From the NCBI GenBank assembly GCA_034927475.1, contig JAYFPW010000002.1, positions 193,606 through 257,605 on the forward strand: a stretch of DNA of 64,000 bases, read 5' to 3'. Position 1 is the stretch's first letter. Each line of letters opens with the position of its first letter. Source of the DNA: Candidatus Elulimicrobiales bacterium (GTDB lineage Bacteria; Patescibacteriota; Minisyncoccia; Phycocordibacterales; UBA5272). The notes beneath the pieces were generated by a model. The model saw only the letters and a list, made by a program, of their open reading frames with translations, ran no database searches and was not told the origin of the DNA. Both the position numbers and the translations under genes were made by a program. Positions 57,506-64,000 of the stretch are shown here, in pieces.

Positions 57506-59280
57506 TTTTTCATTAATTCTAAAAATGTGTCGTGTTCTATATATACTTTACCCTCTTTTTGCATTCTCTTTTTTCCTCTTTTTTGCTTCTCTCTTAATTT
57601 CATTTTTCTAGTTATATCGCCACCATATAAATAACCCGTTACATCTTTTTTCATTGGAGCAATAGATCGTGAAGCGATAATTCTCCCTTTGACTACTGCT
57701 TGAATTTTAACTCTAAACAATTCTCTTGGAAGAATTTTATATAGCTTTTCTACAAGCTCTTCTGCCTCTTCATTTGATCGCCAGTCTGCTACCACCCTAG
57801 AAAAAGCCGGAACCCTTTCTTCTGCGACTAGAATATCAAGTCTGGTAACTGAAGCGTCTCTCATTTCACCTATTTTATAAGAAATTGAAGCATAACCACT
57901 TGAGGCAGATTTTAATTCATCAAAAAAGTTTCTCATTAGTTCCCTAAGTGGCATAGCAAGTTTTATATTAACCCTATTCTCACCCCAATCTTCCATATCA
58001 ACAATCTCTCCTTCATGTTTTTGAAAAAGCTGCATTAAATTTGAAAGATAATCATTTGGAACAATGATAGTTAAATTAATCCAAGGTTCGCGAACATTTA
58101 AGTATTGTCCATGATCTGGAAAGTGAATTGGAGTATAAACTTTTTCTATATTATGATCTCGCATTTCTACTTCATAAGTAATAGAAGGCTGGGTCACAAT
58201 AAGCTCTTGATCAAATTCTCTACGAAGTCTTTCTGTGACGATTTCAAGATGAAGCATCCCTAAAAATCCACATCGAAAACCTCTACCTAAAGCTCCACTC
58301 ATTTCCTCTTCAAAAGTTAAAGAGGAATCTGATAGTCTTAGCTTTCCTAAAGCAGAACGTAGATCGTCAAATCTGTCTTGGGTTTCCGGATAAATTGAAG
58401 CGAATACTAAAGGTGTCGGCTCTTCGTATCCAGCAAACGGAGAAAGTGGATGAGCGAATGTTGTAACTGTATCTCCAACCCTAGCAACCCCAGGCTCTTT
58501 AATACCTGTAACTATATAGCCAATTTCCCCTTCTTTCAAAACTTTTTCCTCTTTCTTTTCTGGCTTAAAAACTCCTACACTTCTAACAAGAAATCTATAT
58601 TTTGATTTAATAAATAAAAGCTCATCATTTCTTTCTACACTCCCATTTAAAACTCTCACATAAAGAATAACTCCTTCATGACTAGAATATTCGAAGTCAA
58701 AAATCAAAGCTCTAAAAGACTTGCTTTCCACTTCTTCTAATTTTGGAGCGGGAATTTTTTTAATAATTTCTTCTAGCAAATTTTCTACCCCAGCTCCGGT
58801 TTTTCCAGAGACAGCTATAATTTCGCTAGCTTCAACTTTCAATAAATCTATAATTTGTTTTTTCACTTCTTCCACATTCGCAATTGGTGAATCTATTTTA
58901 TTAATTACAGGAATAATTTTTAAACCTGCAGCTTGCGCCATTTCTAAAGTGGTAAGAGTTTGTGCCTGAACACCTTGAGTGGCGTCGACTAATAAAATAG
59001 CTCCTTCTACTGCTTGTAAACTTCTTGAGACTTCATAAGAAAAATCAATATGTCCAGGTGTATCTATTAAATTTAAAATATAATTTTTATATTGCATTCT
59101 GACTGGAGTCATTTTTATAGTAATACCCCTCTCTCTTTCTAAATCCATAGAATCTAAAACCTGATCTTTCATTTTTCTGTTTTCCACAGTGTTAGTAAAC
59201 TCTAAAAGCCGATCTGCTAATGTCGACTTTCCGTGATCAATATGGGCAATAATAGAAAAATTTCTGATATTTTGCATCAT
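57502..59280 (-). CDS. lepA: elongation factor 4
   Basis: IRNFSIIAHIDHGKSTLADRLL; LepA C-terminal domain. Confidence 0.95.
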   Translation of the reverse strand: MMQNIRNFSIIAHIDHGKSTLADRLLEFTNTVENRKMKDQVLDSMDLERERGITIKMTPVRMQYKNYILNLIDTPGHIDFSYEVSRSLQAVEGAILLVDATQGVQAQTLTTLEMAQAAGLKIIPVINKIDSPIANVEEVKKQIIDLLKVEASEIIAVSGKTGAGVENLLEEIIKKIPAPKLEEVESKSFRALIFDFEYSSHEGVILYVRVLNGSVERNDELLFIKSKYRFLVRSVGVFKPEKKEEKVLKEGEIGYIVTGIKEPGVARVGDTVTTFAHPLSPFAGYEEPTPLVFASIYPETQDRFDDLRSALGKLRLSDSSLTFEEEMSGALGRGFRCGFLGMLHLEIVTERLRREFDQELIVTQPSITYEVEMRDHNIEKVYTPIHFPDHGQYLNVREPWINLTIIVPNDYLSNLMQLFQKHEGEIVDMEDWGENRVNIKLAMPLRELMRNFFDELKSASSGYASISYKIGEMRDASVTRLDILVAEERVPAFSRVVADWRSNEEAEELVEKLYKILPRELFRVKIQAVVKGRIIASRSIAPMKKDVTGYLYGGDITRKMKLREKQKRGKKRMQKEGKVYIEHDTFLELMKK

Positions 59281-59321
59281 TTCCTATGAATATAACACAT
59301 TTAAAGGCTATCTAAAACTCT

Positions 59322-59963
59322 TTAAAGCTGAATTCTATCACATTCAAAAACATCTCCGACTTTTAGATTGAACCTTTCCACAGTTCCCATTTTTACCTCT
59401 AAAACATATTTTGCTAGATTTGCGCCATTTGAAAAAGTTTGTGAAGCGTCTGGGTTCAAGGAATTATATGAACTAGCTAAAGCCTTTTCAATATGAACAA
59501 TATTAAAAGATTCATCAAGCCAAATAATATCTAAATCAAAATTCATATCTTTCATCCAAAAACTACTTGTCTCAGGTTTGTCGAAAACAAAAAGCATACC
59601 TTCTGTAATGAGTTTTTCATTTTCTTCAAAAGTTTTAAATGCGGTTTTTCCAGATAATCCTTGAGCTCTCGATTCTGGTGTATTTGCTATTTCTAAAAAG
59701 ATTTTATCTCCATTTTTTGTAATTAAAGAATTACCTTTGTCTTCTGATAAATTTTCTACATCCAGAATGATAGACTCATCAATGTTTTCATTCGAAGCAA
59801 ACTTTTCATTGTTTGTAAAAAAATTAGCATTGCCAGCTTTTGCTTTCAAAAAATTACTTAAACCTGTTAAAAAAATCATACACACAAAAATAAGAAAAAT
59901 GGAAAAAATTAATGCTCCGATATTTTTTTGAGTTGGTTTTCTTTTTGTGCGTACATGTGCCAT
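59322..59963 (-). CDS. DUF192-domain protein, membrane-anchored
   Basis: LEIANTPESRAQGLSG...GMLFVFD...FWMKDMNFDLDIIWLD. Confidence 0.65.
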   Translation of the reverse strand: MAHVRTKRKPTQKNIGALIFSIFLIFVCMIFLTGLSNFLKAKAGNANFFTNNEKFASNENIDESIILDVENLSEDKGNSLITKNGDKIFLEIANTPESRAQGLSGKTAFKTFEENEKLITEGMLFVFDKPETSSFWMKDMNFDLDIIWLDESFNIVHIEKALASSYNSLNPDASQTFSNGANLAKYVLEVKMGTVERFNLKVGDVFECDRIQL

Positions 59964-60054
59964 AGGTTTTTAATTTTAATATAATTAGAAAATTTTTATA
60001 CATATATTCTAACACAAAAAATAGTCGGAATTTCTTCCGACTACACTTCGTTTG

Positions 60055-60426
60055 TTATTTTTTCTTTAACAAAAATCTTTCATTCCAGCCACAGATGACT
60101 AGAGATACAAAATCTTCTGTTTCATTTTTCTTTTCCTTAATAAGTTTACAGGGAGAGAAAATATAAATAATACCTTCACCAATTTTAGACTTGGGCTGAT
60201 TCCAGGCAATAAGTACAGAATCTCCGATTTGTTTCTCGGAAAGAAATTTACAAACATCTTTTACAGAAGAATAGTCTGAAATATCCGGCTCAAATTTTAA
60301 TAAAAAATTTTTAAAAGATTCTGGAGCAAAAAATAAAAAAATATTTTCTACCTCTAAACCTTTGTTTGCTAAATAACTTTTAAAGGAGCTTATTATTTCC
60401 TCCTTGGTTTCTCTTGTAATTCTCAT
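60055..60426 (-). CDS. hypothetical 123-aa protein
   Basis: ORF only. Confidence 0.4.
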   Translation of the reverse strand: MRITRETKEEIISSFKSYLANKGLEVENIFLFFAPESFKNFLLKFEPDISDYSSVKDVCKFLSEKQIGDSVLIAWNQPKSKIGEGIIYIFSPCKLIKEKKNETEDFVSLVICGWNERFLLKKK

Positions 60427-60507
60427 TTTAAATGAACTTTTAAGTGTTGAATTTTACTTTGACTAATTAGAATATACAAAAGAATTCAAAGATTGTCAAT
60501 ATAGAGA

Positions 60508-62349
60508 TTATTCTTCTTTTTTACGATTCGCTTTGGCACGCATTGCTTCATTTAAAATTTGTTTGCGAAGTCTTACGCTCTTTGGAGTAATTTCAAGATA
60601 TTCATCTTCATTCATTATTTCAAGACCTCTTTCAATAGATAATTCCCAAGCTGGGATAAGGGTAATTGCATCATCAGATCCAGAAGCACGCATATTGGTT
60701 AACTGCTTACCTTTGGTTGGATTAACTACCATCTCTTCACCTTTACTTGTGTTACCTATAACTTGTCCGTCATAAACTTCTACTCCTGGACCAATATACA
60801 AAGTTCCTCTATCTTGAAGATTAAAGAGTGAAAATCCTAAAGCTTTCCCACTTTCCATACTTGTCATAGACCCGAAAAGTTTTCTCTGAATATTTCCTAC
60901 AAAATCTCCAAACTTTATAAATCTAGAAGAAAGTATTCCGAGACCTTTTGTGTCTACAATAAACTCCCCTCTATACCCAAGTAGTCCTCGTGTTGGCACT
61001 TCTGCGCGGATTCTAGCGATGCCCGCTCTTTCATTCATATCTGTCACTATACCTTTTCTTCTTCCTAGTTTTTCCATCACCACTCCTGAAAATTCATTTG
61101 GCACATCTATTACCACCTCTTCAAAAGGTTCTTCTTTTTTTACAATATCTCCGGCTTCATTTTTTGTTTCATGAAAAATAACTTTTGGTTGAGAAACTTG
61201 AAGTTCATATCCTTCTCTTCTCATATTTTCAAGAAGCACTGCAATATGCATTTCCCCTCTTCCATAAACCAAATATTTATCAGTATCAAAATTTACTTTC
61301 AAACCAACATTTACTTCTAGTTCTTTTTCAAGCCTATCTCTGATTTGTCTACCGGTTACATATTTTCCTTCTCTTCCAGCAAAAGGAGAATCGTTTACTA
61401 AAAAGTCTAGAGAGATAGTCGGCTCATCAATATGAATAGCTGGTTTCCCTTCAGCGTTTTGATCTTTCAAAAATGTTTCTCCAATAAAAATATTTGGAAA
61501 TCCGGCAATCATGACAATATCTCCAGCTTTTGCAAATTCACTTTCAATTTTATTGACCCCATAAAAAGTAAATATTTTTGTAATCTTGCCAATAGAAACA
61601 TTTCCTGTAAAAGGATCTTTCACAAAAATACTTTCTCCTACTTTAGCTATACCATCATAAACTCTAGCTATAGCCATTCTTCCTAAGAAGTTGTCGTAAG
61701 CTAAATTGAAAACTTGTGCCACAAAACTATTATTTATATCACCTGTCGCTTTTGGAACTTTTTCTAAAATTGTATCAAGAAGTGGCTCTAAATTTACTTT
61801 TTCATCTCCTAATTCTTTCATGGCTACCCCTTGGCGTCCAATAGCATACACTGTAGTAAAATCTAATTGTTCATCATCAGCTCCAAGCTCTAAAAATAAC
61901 TCAAAAACTTCATCGTGAACTCTTTTTACATCACTTGCTGGTTTATCAATTTTATTAATAACAACGATAGGTTTTAAACCGAGCTCCAAACTTTTTTTCA
62001 AAACAAATCTAGTTTGTGGCATTGGTCCTTCTTGAGCATCAACTAAAAGTAATACTGAATCAATAGAACGAAGTACACGCTCCACTTCAGAACCAAAATC
62101 AGCGTGTCCTGGAGTGTCAAGAATATTTATTTTTGTACCTTTATAAATGACAGAAGTATTTTTTGCATAAATAGTAATACCACGCTCTTTTTCGAGATCG
62201 TTTGTATCCATAGAAAATCCTTCTTCCAAAACTCCGCACTCTTTCATAAGCGCGTCTGTCAAAGTCGTTTTTCCATGATCCACATGAGCGATGATGGCAA
62301 TATTTCTTATTTCTTTATATTCTTCATTCATATTTTTATTTTTAGCCAC
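60508..62349 (-). CDS. typA: translational GTPase TypA/BipA
   Basis: [22 protein letters not shown]; 613 aa. Confidence 0.9.
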   Translation of the reverse strand: MAKNKNMNEEYKEIRNIAIIAHVDHGKTTLTDALMKECGVLEEGFSMDTNDLEKERGITIYAKNTSVIYKGTKINILDTPGHADFGSEVERVLRSIDSVLLLVDAQEGPMPQTRFVLKKSLELGLKPIVVINKIDKPASDVKRVHDEVFELFLELGADDEQLDFTTVYAIGRQGVAMKELGDEKVNLEPLLDTILEKVPKATGDINNSFVAQVFNLAYDNFLGRMAIARVYDGIAKVGESIFVKDPFTGNVSIGKITKIFTFYGVNKIESEFAKAGDIVMIAGFPNIFIGETFLKDQNAEGKPAIHIDEPTISLDFLVNDSPFAGREGKYVTGRQIRDRLEKELEVNVGLKVNFDTDKYLVYGRGEMHIAVLLENMRREGYELQVSQPKVIFHETKNEAGDIVKKEEPFEEVVIDVPNEFSGVVMEKLGRRKGIVTDMNERAGIARIRAEVPTRGLLGYRGEFIVDTKGLGILSSRFIKFGDFVGNIQRKLFGSMTSMESGKALGFSLFNLQDRGTLYIGPGVEVYDGQVIGNTSKGEEMVVNPTKGKQLTNMRASGSDDAITLIPAWELSIERGLEIMNEDEYLEITPKSVRLRKQILNEAMRAKANRKKEE

Positions 62350-62426
62350 AAAAATAAAAGCGCTTCGGCTTTTAATTTAAAGTAAAATAATACCACAAAA
62401 ATAAAATAAATCAAAAGGTTTAAAAA

Positions 62427-64000
62427 TTATTTTTCAAGAATCTTCTTCAAAAACGCTTTATTATTTGGCTTTCTACCTAGAAACCTTTTAACGGATTCCA
62501 TTTCTTCCCTACTTCCACCCACTTCTAAAATTTCTTTTCTATACCTTCTTCCAATTTCTTTCAATCTCTTTTCATTCTTTAAAACTTTCTCAAATTCGGA
62601 ATAAAAATCATACGCATAGACAAGTGCCCACATATAAGAATAATATCCTGCATCATAACCCATGAGATGCCCAAATCCGGCCGGGAAAATAGCATCTTTT
62701 GGTAAATTAGAATTAAAATATTTTTTACTTAGAGTAATATAATATTTTGCTGAATCTGTAGCTTTTATTTTGCCAGAATGTAAATCTAAATCAAATTTTC
62801 CAAGTACAAGTTGCCTTAAATTAGCATATCCATTCATAAAATTTTTACCTTCTATAATTTTATTTAAAGTTTTTTCATCTAGTGATTTTTTAGTCTTATA
62901 ATGCACAGCTAACTTTTTTAAATATTTTTTTTCAAAAAGAAAATTCTCCATGAGTTGTGACGGGACTTCGACGAAATCATGATCGCAATTTGTTCCTGTT
63001 TGAGAAAAATAATTAGTGGTAGAAAGCATACAATGTAAAGCGTGTCCTAATTCATGGAAAATTGTTTCTACCTCTCCTAAAGACAAAAGTGAAGGTATTT
63101 CTTTGGTGGGTTTTGGAAAATTGCAGAGTAAAACATCTACTGGAATAGAGTTTATACCTGTTAGATATTTTGCATGTCCAGCGTGAGTATATTTTCCCTC
63201 TCTAGGAAATAGATCAAACATTAAATAAGCTAAAACTTTTTTAGATTTCTCATCAGAAAATTCATATAGGCGAACATTTTTATCTACCAAATTAATTTTC
63301 TTCTCAACTCTTTCTTTCGCATCAATTTCTCTCACTACAAAACCAAATATATTTCCAAAAATTTTAAAAGTCTCTTTTAATACATGCTCTAATTCAAAAT
63401 ATTCTTTAAGTTTAGCGCTATCGTAGCTGTATTTTTTTTCTTTTAATTTATTCATGACGTAGGCCAAATCAAAATATTCTACTTTTTTTATATTCCCATA
63501 TCCTGAAAGTTCTTTTTGGGCAAATTCATTTAATTCTTGAATATTTGCATTGCTTTCTTTTTCTAATTTTTTAATTAAAGAATTGTTAAAAAGATACACA
63601 GCTTTTTCAGATTTGGACATTCTATTTTCAACTCTATAATCTAGATGATTTTTATAGCCTAAAATTTTTGCTTTTTTATCTCGCAATTCTACAATTTCCG
63701 AAAGAAGTTTTAGATTCTTTACTCCCCCTTTTTTATAATTTTTATCTACCAATTCTTTTCTTTTTTCTCGACTTTCAGCGTATTGTAAAAATGGAGAAAT
63801 AGATGGGTAGTCTAAAGTTATTTTATATTTACCCTCTACCTTTTCTAAAGTTTTTATAAAATTTTCTGGCAAACCTTTTAACTCTTCTCGGCTACACAAA
63901 ATAAAATCACGATATTCATCAATATTTTTGGAAAAATCAATAGAAAGTTTGGAGAGTTTTTTAATTGTATTTTTTAGTTCTTTTTGTTTTGTTTTGGGTA
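62427..64000 (-). CDS. M3-family oligoendopeptidase (PepF-like), 5' end beyond window
   Basis: HELGHALH zinc site; the reading frame stays open to position 64000, so the track's M at 63899 is a TTG artefact. Confidence 0.7.
   Translation of the reverse strand, partial: PKTKQKELKNTIKKLSKLSIDFSKNIDEYRDFILCSREELKGLPENFIKTLEKVEGKYKITLDYPSISPFLQYAESREKRKELVDKNYKKGGVKNLKLLSEIVELRDKKAKILGYKNHLDYRVENRMSKSEKAVYLFNNSLIKKLEKESNANIQELNEFAQKELSGYGNIKKVEYFDLAYVMNKLKEKKYSYDSAKLKEYFELEHVLKETFKIFGNIFGFVVREIDAKERVEKKINLVDKNVRLYEFSDEKSKKVLAYLMFDLFPREGKYTHAGHAKYLTGINSIPVDVLLCNFPKPTKEIPSLLSLGEVETIFHELGHALHCMLSTTNYFSQTGTNCDHDFVEVPSQLMENFLFEKKYLKKLAVHYKTKKSLDEKTLNKIIEGKNFMNGYANLRQLVLGKFDLDLHSGKIKATDSAKYYITLSKKYFNSNLPKDAIFPAGFGHLMGYDAGYYSYMWALVYAYDFYSEFEKVLKNEKRLKEIGRRYRKEILEVGGSREEMESVKRFLGRKPNNKAFLKKILEK

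Noticed and set aside
63899-63899. Track N-terminus (M at 63899) of the M3 peptidase
   Set aside because: The codon is TTG and the frame stays open to the window edge, so the gene is 5'-truncated by the window.
1-64000. Alternative genetic code (UGA as Gly, as in SR1/Gracilibacteria)
   Set aside because: Long conserved proteins (UvrA, UvrB, LepA, TypA, RNR) are full-length under the standard code with TAA and TAG stops. There is no sign of in-frame TGA read-through.

Overview
This is an AT-rich (about 28-30% GC by eye), gene-dense chromosomal segment of about 64 kb. Roughly 75% of genes lie on the minus strand, many proteins are compact, and several operons are minimal. That style is typical of small-genome Patescibacteria/CPR-like bacteria, but the taxonomic call is an inference. 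Content is overwhelmingly housekeeping. It includes leuS (5' fragment), a SUF Fe-S operon (sufS-sufU-sufC-DUF59), nucleotide excision repair genes (uvrA, uvrB), tgt, a pentose-phosphate cluster (rpiB, rpe, split transketolase), a class II ribonucleotide reductase, gap and a two-component pair. Translation-related genes include prfA, rpmE, ychF, lysS, proS, frr, def-fmt, valS, lepA and typA. There is a dcw cluster (mraZ-rsmH-ftsL-ftsI) with a visible MraZ operator, a rod-shape cluster (mreB-mreC-small ORF-mrdA), priA, and tRNA-Tyr, tRNA-Arg and tRNA-Phe. No CRISPR array, transposase or integrase is visible. The unusual material is scattered rather than clustered. (1) A 51-aa ORF is driven by a perfect consensus sigma70 promoter plus a strong SD and terminator. 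(2) A 37-aa Lys/Ala-rich histone-H1-like micro-ORF has its own strong terminator and sits next to a GC-rich structured element and a DnaA-box 12-mer that recurs 3.4 kb away. (3) Four GC-elevated singleton genes (about 38-42% GC) sit in an otherwise ~28% GC background. (4) Several enzyme homologues have degenerate catalytic motifs or large insertions: the split transketolase, PriA, and Tgt with a roughly 95-aa hydrophobic insert. (5) There is a DUF333-MliC lysozyme-inhibitor fusion and a PF04020 holin-like gene. (6) Unannotated small ORFs occupy the mreD position and the proS-rseP spacer. All functional calls rest on motif recognition by eye and need confirmation by HMM or BLAST searches.
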